Assembly: GCA_951406725.2 (NCBI GenBank)
Contig: OX597815.1
Location: forward strand, 204,910,001 to 204,974,000
DNA from: Octopus vulgaris
Lineage: Eukaryota
Length of the DNA: 64,000 nt
Direction of reading: 5' to 3'
Positions 12,900 through 25,718 of the stretch are shown here, in pieces. A program made the position numbers and the translations under genes. Position 1 is the first letter of the stretch; every line of letters starts with the position of its first letter. The notes under the pieces were generated by a model that was given only the letters and a program-made list of their open reading frames with translations, did no database searches and was not told where the DNA came from.

Positions 12900-13980
12900 T
12901 TGAAAAAGTGATTCTTAAGCAAGTAAATCCACGGTTATAAACTATAAAAGAAACCAAAAAACTCCAAGTCCAGTTTAGAATGAAATCATGCTTTGACCCA
13001 ATGTTAATTAATTTTATACAAAATGAAACACTTGGAGAAGGTCAAACTTAAGTTTTCAAGTACTCGCATTTGCCTTATTTTACTCCAACCGTATTTTTTG
13101 GAAAGTTAGCGAGGTACAGTGCCCGTATGAGTTAACTATGTAAAATAGTGTCCATAACTTGTTCAATTTTAGTGTTCTCAAATATTATCCTTCCTTTTGT
13201 TTAAAACGTTTAGTAAGAATTTTTTGATAAAAAAAGGAGTTCCGTTGCCTTCGGAACTTTGGGTCAGCCGTTGAACATTTGTAGAAGGGAAAGGGCTTGA
13301 ATTTGCCGTCTCCATATATTTCCAGATGCTTACTCAGTAGAATCTTGCATAGTTCCTTTAGTTTGATATGCTGTCTGTGGAAAGTTGCACGTTGGCAAAG
13401 GGAATTGTTGGTTTCGCCAATTCATATCTGCATTTATTTTGAAGGAGAATCCATTTGTAAATTTGATGTGGTAACCATTGTCTAAATATTTGAAGTTGTT
13501 GTTACGCGTTCCACATCGTTTATCTCCACAGTCCTTCAAGGAGAATTCTGAATTATTCTCTGATGTGAATTTTGCCCGCGTGAGATGTTATTAGAGGTTT
13601 TTGGGGATGACGTTTACTGTTTCGTGAAAAGTTTTCATTAACCAAATTTCTCCTTTTGAGGCTTTTGTTTCGGTAATTCTTTTTAGTGTGAAAAATTTTG
13701 GCTACTCCAGGATTGTGTGTATTGGTAAATGGGATAGTATTTTCTTTGATTTGTTTTCTTTGGTGTCCTCAGTTATCTGACGTCCAGTTTCATCGCATTT
13801 ATAATTCTATAATTTAAGAATTTTAAGCGGTGATTCTGTTTTTAGGAAGCATTTGAATTTATTAAGTCGAATTTGACGTATTTTTGTATCAACAACTATT
13901 GCACAGATACTTGCCATTCTGTATGGAATGTTCCTTTGGATGTGTGAAAGATGGCAAGGTGTTTCACGTCTACTATTAGA
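12900..13980 (-). mobile_element. Degenerate Penelope-like element (thumb/GIY-YIG part)
   Basis: Minus-strand remnants 'HLSHIQRNIPYRMA', 'CGDKRCGT' and '..YSTE*ASGNIWRR/YIG-like' are consistent with the C-terminal thumb and GIY-YIG region of PLEs. Frameshifted. Confidence 0.6.
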
Positions 13981-14769
13981 CCTGGCAATATTCACGACTC
14001 ATCAGACAGGAAACACATAGCCTCTGGTATAGCACGTTCACTGGCTTATTGTTCGTTGGACATTTGATTAGTGAGAGAGACGGAATACAATAATAAGGCA
14101 TGCACAACCATACAATATCGTTTCCGGGAGATGCAAACCATGGCTCTGGGGAATCGTTGTCCATTTTCGGAACAAGCTCATTGATAGGATTTCTGAAAGA
14201 CTATCAAGATGCTTGCATGCTACTAAATACACTTTCGCACAATACAATGGGTGTGAATTAGGGGAATCGTTGACTAAAATAATAACCACACTTTACCTAA
14301 ATCTATGGCAGAATAACCTATTTCTTTACTACCCACAAGGGGCTAAACACAGAGACGACAAACAAGGACAGACAAACGGATTAAGTCGATTATATCGACC
14401 CCAGTGCGTAACTGGTACTTTATTTAATCGACCCCGAAAGTATGAAAGGCAAAGTCGACCTCAGCGGAATTTGAACTCAGAACGTCACAACCTCTCCCTC
14501 CTTATAAACACAGTGCCGCACTGGTTACTAACATCACTGGGATACTCCTTTGCCATTGTATACCGCTGAAAGTGAGAAAAATACCAACTTGAGTCTCTCA
14601 ATAAATATCCCTCATCATCGGATGGAAACGCAAAAACATATACCTATCTATACTGGTGATCTTTACCCAGGCATTGCCGCTTTCTACAGGCTATCGGTTG
14701 TTTATTAGGCATTTAAAAAACTAGAAATCTACATCGCCAGTATTTATGTCCATATTTATGACTGTGAGT

Positions 14770-15148
14770 GGAGGCGCAATGGCCCAGTGGTTAGGGCAGC
14801 GGACTCGCGGTCATAGGATCGCGGTTTCGATTCCCAGACCGGGCGTTGTGAGTGTTTATTGAGCGAAAACACCTAAAGCTCCACGAGGCTCCGGCAGGGC
14901 TGGTGGTGATCCCTGCTGTACTCTTTCACCACAACTTTCTCTCACTCTCACTTCCTGTTTCTGTTGTACCTGTATTTCAAAGGGCCGGCCTTGTCACTCT
15001 CTGTGTCAAGCTGAATATCCCCGAGAACTACGTTAAGGGTACACATGTCTGTGGAGTGTTCAGCCACTTACACATTAATTTCACGAGCAGGCTGTTCCGT
15101 TGATCGGATCAACCGGAACCCTCGTCGTCGTAACCGACGGAGTGCTTT
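14770..15148 (+). mobile_element. SINE family B with target-site duplication
   Basis: Full body; ATTTATGACTGT occurs on both flanks. Confidence 0.9.
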
Positions 15149-16645
15149 CACATTTATGACTGTACAACTGCTATAAATATACCAACCAGACCCAGTGAAC
15201 CGCGTAACAGAATTTGTGACTCCTCACCAACCAGAGTCGTATCACTAGCCAGTAGTTGACACTGACTTTATCAATATCTCCTCAATACCGTGTGCGAGCG
15301 TATGTGCCCCAAACAACACGTTTATATGTGCTTGTATGTGCGTGTGCATTTGTGCGAGCGAGTGTGCGTGCGCCAGACCACGTATGTGTGGGCGTTTTTA
15401 CATCCATACCTACTAATGGTTATATCTAATACTCGTTTTCGTTGCATTGTGTATTTGTTTCATTTTGGTAGCTGATGTTTGTTATGGATCTTCTAATAGA
15501 ATGAAATTGTATACCTTAATTTGCCACTTCTATATACGAAGACCAAAAAGAAATCTTGCGAGTTTATTTTAACGAGATACGTATTGAAATCACTTGAGGA
15601 CACATAGGATCTTTTCTAAAAGATGGACAGAATTTCTACTTAACTAAATAATTTGAAACTTCGTATACTGGTAGAATGTGTCAAAAGAAAACATTAATTT
15701 CAATTAGTTTTTTTTTTTTTGAGAAAAATGTATTTTTGTAACTTCGAATTTTAACCAATCGTATTCTCTGTTTTGAGCTCAATTCATTTACTGCCGTGTT
15801 ATTCATCCTTCTGTCTTCTGTCTTCAAAGGCTTCTCCCATGTTTATTTCAATGTCATCCCTGACTTACGGAACGATTACCTGTGTGTGTGTGTTTGTTGT
15901 GTATGTGTGTGCGTGTGTGTGTTTGTTGTGTGTGTGTGTGTATTTGTTTTTGTTGTGTAGGTGTGCGTGTGTGCGTGTATGTCTTTTTGTTGTGTATGTG
16001 TGTGTGTTTTTGTTGTGTATGTGTGTGCGTGTGTGTGTTTGTTGTGTGCGTGTGTGTGTTATTGTTGTGTATGTGTGTGTGTGTTTGTTGTGTATGTGTG
16101 CCTGTGTGTGTGTGTCTTTAATATCGATAATAATGATAAGTGACCTCATGGTCATTTATCATCATAAGAAAACGATCAAGATAAGGTGAAGAAATCTACC
16201 TAACTTTATTATTTAGTGTACCAACTTTAGATACACAACTATATTCAGTACCAGAAATGCTACAATGTTTTCAAGTTCCTTCTGTCGCAGTAATATATAT
16301 TCAATTCTTATTACTTGGGAATACAAATTACATTATAGGACCAAAATTCAGGTTACCTTCGAGAGTAAACGAAGCCAGAGACAATAATATAACATCATAA
16401 TCAAAATGGAGAGATTACGGTAGCTTGCGACTCACTAAAGGTAACAAGAGAACAATACAATTGATTCGTGCAGTGTTCGAAAGATTTAACCCAAAGGCTT
16501 TAGAGAAATGGAATTTTTAACCTTCCAGAATTAATTTTTTAAGCCAGCTTTTTAGTGAAATTTTGTAATTTCACAAAAAAACGCTTCAAAAGCAAAGTTT
16601 TTATTAAAGGTGATTCGTAATTTGATTTCACTCACCGTTCTATAT

Positions 16646-17246
16646 TCACGTGACTTTTATTTTAAACTTTATTCTTTTGTTCTTTAGTTTCTTTGCTTGT
16701 TTCGTGCGTTCATCTTTCGATCTCGCAATCATAGCTTTCGCTTCCTTCACATATTGGTGGAGTTTATAAGCGTTGTGTTCCTCTAACATTACAGCATCGA
16801 ACGGTTTCACTGTGATTCGATCACTTCCTGCGATAGTTACGCCACCTTTTACTAACGACTGGAAGTCTTCATTGTTACTTACACAAACAACCCATCTATT
16901 TTTCGTATGAGAGTTACCAACAGCCACTGATACGGGATCGAATCGAAGACTGAGTAGCAGAACCTCGGGGTACTGAGATTCTAATTCACGTTTAATATCT
17001 TCATGAGTTATCTGAAGGTCAGAGTCACAAGCAAAACAAATGGTCAACGGCTGTGACTCTGGAAGCGTCTTACGCATACGGATTGTCGGAGCTTTCGTCT
17101 TTTTACTACGCAGCTTCGATTTTATATCAGCCACAAGTTTTTCTACTTTCTCTTGTTCAATACCATTCTCATCGTACCACATTAGTTGTTTCTTAATTTC
17201 TTCTTCACTCACAGAAAGTCCGGTTGCAATTTTCACTTGCAAGCAT
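16646..17246 (-). CDS. C19orf81: Last coding exon of a C19orf81/DUF4732-like protein
   Basis: Acceptor cctcttcttttgttttttag| at 17247, phase 2, open to TGA at 16648-16646. 'PTIR..TLPESQPLTIC...ITHEDIKRELESQYP...LRFDPVSVAVG...KNRWVVCV...LVKGG...FDAVMLEEH' parallels my recollection of human C19orf81 ('PCIR..TPPASQPLCLC...FTHLEVLQALEAQLP...IRFENMNVICG...RNRWLIAV...LLRSG...HDDLLLGDY'). Confidence 0.8.
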
Positions 17247-17681
17247 CTAAAAAACAAAAGAAGAGGAACGCCAATATAAGCGCAATATGGAGGTATTCGG
17301 CATTCATTAATTTAATATGACACTTAACTTTCACGAAGTTATCCAAGATGAAGTTACTTTAATAATTTGTATATTTATGAAACCATGTAACATGAGTTTG
17401 TGTATTTACCACGCCTAGATTTTTTTGCTCCCAACGTAGGGGACGTGGGCAGAAACTCTTCGTGATATTTATTTTGTTTATGCCATTCTGATATTTATGC
17501 TTTTTCATGGTAAGTAGCATATTAAGTGAAGAGAGTTGGTCAACTTACTTGACTTAAGATAGAATCAAAAATTACAAGTTTAGGAACCCTTTAATAAAAA
17601 CTTTTAGAAAATCAATTATTATAAATAATTAAACACTACCAATTGATACCTGCCTTCCATTAAAATATAACCTAGTTACAC

Positions 17682-18357
17682 CTTGCTTTTAAGACCACAA
17701 TCAAAGAAGTATCAAGAAATGAAGCATACTTAGTCTTTTCGTTATTGTTTAATGAAGAAAATGTAAGACTGGAATAAACAAACCTTGGACCAACTTTGTT
17801 TCCATTTAAAGAATAAATCTTTTCGGAAATTATATCATTTTCAGCAGCATCTCTACATGAAATCGGAATTATTGATTCGTTGGCGGTAAAATCTTTCGCT
17901 ATCGTCTGTTTTTCATCTCTATTATCGGAACTCCAAGTTCCGTAAGGTCGAAAACCAAGACTACGCAAGCGCTGGATTAAATTATTAGCATTTTCTTCAT
18001 AAGAAGAGAGAGAATCAATTGAAGACTGTTGATAACTGTCTGTATTTAGAGACATCAATGTCATATTATTGTGCAGAGCATTCAGTGACTGTAATGGCTT
18101 GTGAAATTGTTGAGATTTGCGAATTTCAAGAACAGGTTTTACTACTTCTACGGGATTTTGATCACTTGTCAAGTTCATTTGACTTTGATTGTAAGAACGT
18201 TGTTCATAGAATGAATTCTCAGTAAAGGATCGCGGCAGACGGGAAAAATATCGACCAGCGGTGAAATAATGGAGTTGAGCTGTCTTTGGCATCAAATAAA
18301 TTAGATTTTTATCATCTGTCCTGGAGCAACAAGGTTTTGGATCAAATATGTTTCTGC
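17682..18357 (-). CDS. C19orf81: Middle coding exon of the C19orf81-like gene (Ser/Asn-rich region)
   Basis: Acceptor tcttctttttcag| at 18358, phase 1, open frame 'GRNIFDPKPCCSRTDDKNLIYLMPK...'. Phase-2 donor either AG|gtgtaa after 17682 or AA|gtatgc after 17730; both keep frame with the next exon. Confidence 0.7.
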
Positions 18358-18820
18358 CTGAAAAAGAAGATTCAAGTTTTTCATCAATAATTCTTTAATA
18401 TGAGATCAAAACTAAACAATATAGCTCATTATTTAGTTGTATAATCTTAAATTATCAAAATCCATCAAAAACATAAAGTTTACTCTGTAATCAAACACAA
18501 GACTGGTTGTTTAAACGAAGCGAACAGTTAAAAAATCAATTCTAGTATATTATTAGTACGTGTGTTATCAATGCCGAAAGGATGAAAGGAAAAGTTGATC
18601 TTGCAATATTCAGAATCAGAACACAGAGGGACAGATTTAAATAATCTTTTCTACTTCAGGCACAAGACCAGAAATTTTGGGGGGAAGGGGCCAGTCGATT
18701 AGACCGACTCAGTACGCAACTGGTATTTTATTTATCGACCCCGAAAGGCTGAAAGGCTAAGTCGACCTCGGAACAGATTTAAATAATGTAAAATATTTAA
18801 TCCAATGCTGGACCGTTTCT

Positions 18821-19055
18821 TATTTCTTTACAGCCCACAAGGGTCTACACACAGAGGGGACAAACAAGGACAGACAAACGGATTGAGTCGATTGTATCGA
18901 CCCCAGTGCGTAACTGGTACTTATTTAATCGACCCCGAAAGGATGAAAAGCAAAGTCGACCTCGGCGGAATTCGAACTCAGAACGTAGCGGCAGACGAAA
19001 TACCGCTACGCATTTCGCCCGGCGTGCTAACGTTTCTGCCAGCTCACCGCCTTAT
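18821..19055 (-). mobile_element. SINE family A in intron, with TSD
   Basis: Flanked by TGCTGGACCGTTTCT (18806-18820 and 19056-19070). Confidence 0.9.
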
Positions 19056-20350
19056 TGCTGGACCGTTTCTGCCAACTTACTGCAGTTCTTCAGATATATA
19101 CTAATTTCTTTCTTTGATATCAAACGTCAGATATATTTGGAAAAAACAAATTGTAATGTCATGACATTAACTTCAATCTCGAAAGGTAAATAGCGACGAA
19201 GGTGAAGCCAAAATTTGGGAATGATAAATTAGTCACGGTATCTTGAGTGATTCATCATTACGTTGGTGTTTATTTGACTAAATATAAAAGCCGTATGTTT
19301 CGAGAAATATGTATTAAGACGCTATGTAATATGCGACTCATATAAGAACATTAGTTGTGGATGGTCGTAGATATGGATGTATGGCTAAGGTGTTTGGCTT
19401 GCAACCACATTGTTCAGGATTCAATTCCACTGCACAGCACCCCAAACAAGTGTCTTTTACCATAAACTCAAGATAGCCAGTGCCTTGTGGGTGGAATTTG
19501 GTAGATGGAAACTGTGCGGAAGCTTGATATCGTGTGTGTATGCCTCTTATCCAAAGTGTATTGGTGAAAGATGTAAAAGATCGGCGAGAAAACACGAAAA
19601 CCCATGCTTTGCAATAAAAAAGTATTTATTCTGTCCGAGCTGTACTGACTATTCTTTATCACCATCGGCGTAAGAAATATAATGAATTAGTGACTGACCA
19701 ACCGAGAACCTATTTCTTTACTACCCACAAGGGGCTAAACACAGAGTGGACAAACAAGGACAGACAAATGTATTAAGTACTTATTTAATCGACCCCCGAA
19801 AGGATGAAAGGCAAAGTTGACCTCGGCGGAATTTGAACTCAGAACGTAGCAGCAGACGAAATATGGTTACGCATTTCGCCCAGCATGGTTACGCATTTCT
19901 GCCAGCTCTGAGAACCTGTAACAGTGACATTACTATTGTTGCTTAACACTTAACAGTGGGAATGAGTTGCATGAATGTGTGTGCCGAACAGGCAAAAAGC
20001 GAAAAAAAAGTCTCTTTTTCGGAAAGGTAATCTTTACACTCATTTTCACTTTAAATAAGTACAAAAACAATAGGAATTGTCAGTGTCTCGCACAATAAAA
20101 TTCACAATCTCATAATCGAAAAGTGCTGTCAAATATTCACTTTCTTTTGATGATGGCCGTATTCATATAAAATCTTTGGAACTTCAATTGGTGATGTCTT
20201 CTGTTTAAGGGTTAAAAACCATTCTAGAAGGATAAGAGGTGAAGTTGATTCAGTTGGTCTCAGAATATAAAGAGACGTGACTAATTACCACATGATATTT
20301 TGCTCGCCACTCCACCACAAAGAACCCACACCTCTAATTCTACGTTATAA

Positions 20351-20752
20351 TCTTTATATATAAAAGTGAGGTTGTGTGCTGTCTGTCTCCTACGATTTAG
20401 ATTCCTAACTACTCCCACATTTTGCGATGCAGTTTAACCAAAACCGGGTATCTTATAGACGTGATTCATATCGAGCCCTTCTGGGTATTAGCGCGCGTCT
20501 ACGATGAGTCTACGATTTAACAAAAAAATTTACCATCATTTTTTTCCATTTTAATGCATTTTTTCGCTATTATATAAGGGAAGTAACTCTCTAAAAATGT
20601 CTACGATGAGTCAACGATTTTTAAAAAAATTTACCATCATTTTTTTTCCATTTTTAATGCATTTTTTTTCTATTTTTTGGCTATAACTCTTTAAAAATGC
20701 TTATATAGTTATTTCCCTTACAAACCCGAGCAACGCCGGGCGATACTGCTAG
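20351..20752 (+). mobile_element. Short non-autonomous Helitron, family H1 (intronic)
   Basis: A|TCTTTATATATAAAAG ... CCCGAGCAACGCCGGGCGATACTGCTAG|T; no TSD. Confidence 0.9.
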
Positions 20753-21389
20753 TTCTATATAAGATCTTTGGTCTTATTTAATTTAGCAAGTGTATAACTT
20801 GTAGGAAGAAAACATAGATCCTGCATGTGCAACGCTAAATATACTTTCTTTTATAGATTTAACCTAATTTGCAAACATCGATATGTGGTTTAAGAAAATA
20901 GCAACGAACAGCTGCTGGTAATTGAACATATTCATTTTTTGTTTGCTGCGCAAACGTCATCATTTATACAATTTACAGTTGCACCTTTCTTCTCTCAAGC
21001 CGAAATACGAATGGTTTTATGCCATATTAAACTGTCAATTAAGCACATTAATCACGTCCTGTTTGTTTTCTCAGGAATTCGCCACGAATGTAGTTATGCA
21101 GTGATAAACTTCTTTCAGGTTTATCTGACATTGCAATGTTTCCCAAAGTGATCCGATGTATAAACGAACGTTAACTACGAAGATGGAATGAATTACATGC
21201 AAGCGGCTGAGACTCCAAGTATTTTATTCCATTATTTCATTCCTCTATTTGTTTCAATTTCACGACTGTGGAAAGGTTCATATAAAGAGCTTCTGCACAG
21301 TTTCCACCTGCAAAATTCCACTCAAACACATCAGTCAAGAATATATTTTTAGCTATACTCTAAAATATTTAGATAATTTGTAATCCATA

Positions 21390-21805
21390 AGCGCAGGAGT
21401 GGCTGTGTGGTAAGTAGCTTGCTAACCAACCACATGGTTCCGGGTTCAGTCCCACTGCGTGGCATCTTGGGCAAGTGTCTTCTGCTATAGCCCCGGGCCG
21501 ACCAATGCATTGTGAGTGGATTTGGTAGACGGAGACTGAAAGAAGCCTGTCGTATATATGTATATATATATATGTGTGTGTGCGTATGTATGTGTGTGTG
21601 TGTGTTTGTGTGTGTTTGTCCCCCTAGCATTGCTTGACAACCGATGCTGGTGTGTTTACGTCCCCGTCACTTAGCGGTTCGGCAAAAGCGACCGATAGAA
21701 TAAGTACTGAGCTTACAAAGAATAAGTCTCGGGGTCGATTTGCTCGACTAAAGGTGGTGCTCCAGCATGGCCGCAGTCAAATGGCTGAAACAAGTAAAAG
21801 AGTAT
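21390..21805 (+). mobile_element. SINE family C, full length, with internal (TA)/(TG) microsatellite
   Basis: tRNA-like head GCGCAGGAGTGGCTGTGTGGTAAG...GGTTCAGTCCC, then TTGGGCAAGTGTCTT, and tail GTAAAAGAGT. Confidence 0.9.
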
Positions 21806-21832
21806 AGAGAGAACATATGAGTCTAGCAAGTG

Positions 21833-22063
21833 CGGCGAGCTGGCAGAACCGTTAGCGCGCCGGGCGAAATGCGTAGCCGTATTTCGTCTGCTCTTACGTT
21901 CTGAGTTCAAATTCCGCCGAGGTCGACTTTGCCTTTCATCCTTTTAGGGTCGATAAATTAAGTACCAGTTTCGCACTGGGATCGATGTAATCGACTTAAT
22001 CCCTTTGTCTGCCTTTGTTTGTCCCCTCTATGTTTAGCCCCTTGTGGGTAGTAAAGAAATAGA
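21833..22063 (+). mobile_element. SINE family A
   Basis: Full family A body. Confidence 0.9.
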
Positions 22064-22429
22064 TATAGAATTAACGTTATTTCAAGTTCTTTTCTGAATC
22101 AAACTGATGCGTGTGTGTGTAAATCAATAGATGAACTACAGATTCAATTTCGGCTCAAATTGTTTTCACATTTAGAATATGTTCTATACAGCCTTGAACT
22201 TTTTCAAAAAAGAACAAGAATGCTGGATTGTTATCTAGCAACTTCTTTTAACAAATTGTTTTTTATTGTCTACATATATCAAGAAGTTTTCACTTACTAA
22301 ATGAAAAATCAATAGAAATTTGGTTCCCAAAAATGCTAATGAAAAGTCCATTGTAGATGGCAAAAACACGCCTTTCCAGAACAGAAATACTTGTTCTCTC
22401 AAACTTACCTTTAGATATTTCCAACTTAC

Positions 22430-22796
22430 CTGACAAAGAGCTTGTGTTACTGATTCGCAATGATGCTTTTGTCGGATCATGTTTCTGAATAGCAGTCGAG
22501 GGCTCACGCTGATACAAGAACTCTAAAGAAGAATATAAAGAAGTTTTGGAGGGTTGCATATTGTCAGCCGAACAAGTAGGGTTACATTTGGTGGGACCAA
22601 AATATTCTGATTTGGAGGGTGATAACCGATGAAGGCAATATGGAGAACTCTCTGGAGAAGAATTCAGTGGCTGGTTTGTGTGGTCAGAATTCCTCCTTAC
22701 AGACGACTGGAACTGATTGATCAGGGGTATATGCTGGTCTAAAGGATTCGGATTGTCTACATTGAGTAGAATTAATGCTTGGCTTGAGGTGGGCAT
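22430..22796 (-). CDS. C19orf81: First identifiable coding exon of the C19orf81-like gene
   Basis: Polypyrimidine acceptor ...tctcaacag|ATG CCC at 22796. Open frame 'MPTSSQALILL...SSLS'. Perfect donor CAG|GTAAGT after 22430 in phase 1, matching the next exon (G+GC=Gly). The joined CDS is 1644 nt, divisible by 3. Confidence 0.7.
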
Positions 22797-23600
22797 CTGT
22801 TGAGATATAATGTAAGAAAACAAAAAGGGCAATCAAATACATTCAAATTTTGGCACAAGGCCAGCAATTTCAGGGGTGGGGATAAGTCGATTACATCGGC
22901 CCCATTACTCAGCTGGTACTTATTTTATCGATCCCAAAATGGTGAAAGGCAGAGTAGACCTCGGCAGAATTTATGTTAAGCAACTATGTTTGTATGTATG
23001 GATGTGCATCTTTATATGTGTGGACACGTGTCTCCATATGTATACTTGTGTGGAGTAAAGTGTGTGTGTATATATGGTCATGTGTTTCAGTCTCCATTTG
23101 CGTATGTGTGCTTGTCTGTTCATATAATCTATGTACCTATCCGTTTGTATGTTGATCTGTTTATTTTCATATCCATATGCTTACATACATGTGCATACAC
23201 ACACTCACGCCCCCACACACACACATACATACATCTATCTATATAACAGACCACTAACTATTCTACTCTATCTAAGTAAACTGTGGGTATGGAGGTATGA
23301 TATCTACTATGTATATTTTCTATTTAAGATTGGGGAAGTTTCATTTATGAAATGAAACTTCCCCAATACTAAAGTTTCATATATATATATAATGATAAAT
23401 CTCAGAGCGAGTTATAAACAGTAGCGGCAACACATCGTGACGTATATTTGCCATTTGAATATGGCTAACCCCTAAGGGTGGATGGTACTGTAGTTTGTAG
23501 CCCCAGGAAGACACCTTCTCCAGCTGGCTATAGACACACTTTCTGTGCCCTATCAGTATTTGTGAAGGGAAGTCATCCTTCCCGTCTTCAACTTATGATA

Positions 23601-23645
23601 CACACGGACTCGAGTTTCAAGGTATTGACCTATCATCGGCGTGTG
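23601..23645 (-). ncRNA. Hammerhead ribozyme motif (type I, variant core), left arm
   Basis: Exact reverse complement of the 23702-23746 motif. Confidence 0.75.
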
Positions 23646-23701
23646 ACAATCATAGTTGTCGACGAGAAGTCAGTTCCCCTCACGTCGACAACTATGATTG
23701 T

Positions 23702-23746
23702 CACACGCCGATGATAGGTCAATACCTTGAAACTCGAGTCCGTGTG
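23702..23746 (+). ncRNA. Hammerhead ribozyme motif (type I, variant core), right arm
   Basis: Stem I CACACG/CGTGTG; core CCGATGA; stem II AGGT-CAAT-ACCT; GAAA; palindromic stem III A-CTCGAG-T; GUC site at 23738-23740. Confidence 0.75.
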
Positions 23747-23906
23747 TATCATAAGTTGAAGACGGGAAGGATGACTTCCCTTCACAAATACTGATAGGGC
23801 ACAGAAAGTGTGTCTATAGCCAGCTGGAGGAGATGTCTTCCTGGGGCTACAAACTACAGTACCATCCACCCTTAGGGGTTAGCCATATTCAAATGGCAAA
23901 TATACG

Positions 23907-23961
<55 letters not shown>

Positions 23962-24079
23962 AATGTGAGTATGATATCCAAAGGGTTGTCAGAAGACTTG
24001 AAACACTCAATGACCCCAGCTAACACCACTTATGATGTGTCGAAGTGCATCACAAGATGAAGTGTGAGAAAACTATATT

Positions 24080-24447
24080 CTTTTCTACTCTAGGTACAAA
24101 GCCCGAAATTTGGGGGGAGGGGCAACCGACTAAATCTACCCCAGTACGCAGCTGGTACTTAATTTATCGGTGAGCTGGCAGAAACGTTAGCATGCCGGGC
24201 GAAATGCGTAGCCGTATTTTGTCTGCCGTTACGTTCTGAGTTCAAATTCCGCCGAGGTTGACTTTGCCTTTCATCCTTTCGGGGTCGATTAAATAAGTAC
24301 CAGTTACGCACTGGGGTCGATATAATCGACTCAATCCGTGTGTCTGTCCTTGTTTGTCCTCTCTGTGTTTAGCCCCTTGTGGGCTGTAAAGAAATAGGTA
24401 CTTAATTTATCCACTCCGAAAGGATGAAAGGCAAAGTCGACCTCGGT
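24080..24447. mobile_element. SINE family A (+, ~24170-24397) nested in an opposite-strand related SINE
   Basis: GGTACTTAATTTATC occurs on both sides of the plus-strand insert, and the host body continues after it. Confidence 0.8.
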
Positions 24448-25454
24448 GTGAAAAAACTATATTACCACAGAGACGGTGTTGAAGTTTAATGTATTTGACA
24501 ACAGTGAAAGAAACTGGTTATAACTAATTAACTTGATAAAAAAAATGTCAGTACATTGTCATATGTATGGTAAACAGTGAAAATCGGAACAAAGACAAGC
24601 ATATTATTTATTCTTAACACATTCCGGCAGATTCCAACACGAATATTCTACTCGAAACAAAACAGTGATTAGCATTTTATAATTCGAATCTGTCGGAACA
24701 TATAAATATGAAAGTCATCGCTTTGATTGTCGCTGTTCACCGTGAATAGGACGATTTATTATCGGTTTGCAGATAACAGCACGGATCAACAAGTAACTTG
24801 TTTGCCACTAAAAAGAGCCATATATGTGCAAGTCATCGAAAGATATTTTAATGCGTGAGAATAACACATTAACAGATGATTTTTATTTTAATGTTGGTTT
24901 AGGTATTGTTGTTTAACTAGAAGTCAGATTGACTGAAATCGGTGTGTGTGGGGGGTGGGGTGGGGGGTGGATGGATGGATGGATGGATTTCTTTATTGCC
25001 CACAAGGGGCTAAACATAGAGGGGATAGACAAAGGGATTAAGTCGATTATATTGACCCCAGTGCGTAACTGGTACTTAATTTATCGACTCCGAAAGGATG
25101 AAAGGCAAAGTCGACCTCGGCGGAATTTGAACTCACAACGTAACGGCAGACGAAATACGGCTACGCATTACGCCCGGCGTGCTAACGATTCTGCCAGCTC
25201 GCACCGACTGACAGATACATACAATTTTTGTGCCTTTGGTCGGCCTGGGGCTCTAGTAGAAGATGCTTGCCAAAAATGCCACGCCGTAGAACTGAACTCG
25301 AAACCACTTGGTTGTGAGACAAACTTCACAGCCAACAACCATGTCTGTGGCTGTGTAATTTATACTTTTGCCAAGAAAACTTATGAAACAATATACTGTG
25401 TAAAGAAACGGTTGCTGCACAGATAAATAGTTCTTGTGCTTGGGGAGTCTAAAC

Positions 25455-25679
25455 TAGTAGTAGTAGTAGTAGTAGTAGTAGTAGAGTAGTAAAGTAGTAG
25501 TAGAGTAGTAAAGTAGTAGTAGTGATAGGAGTAGTAAAGTAGTAGTAGTAGTAGTAGTAGTAAAGTAGTAGTAGTGATAGGAGTAGTAAAGTAGTAGTAG
25601 TAGTAGAGTAGTAAAGTAGTAGTGATAGGAGTAGTAAAGTAGTAGTAGTAGTAGTAAAGTAGTAGTAGTAGTAGTAGTG

Positions 25680-25718
<39 letters not shown>

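Larger units (their letters stand above)
23437..23910. repeat. Near-perfect palindrome: 228-bp arms, 18-nt spacer
   Basis: 23437-23664 is the reverse complement of 23683-23910, with 2 mismatches seen. The right end abuts (TA)n. Confidence 0.97.

Noticed and set aside
23478-23869. Duplicated 78-aa ORFs on opposite strands
   Set aside because: A by-product of the palindrome; GTG starts and no recognisable protein.
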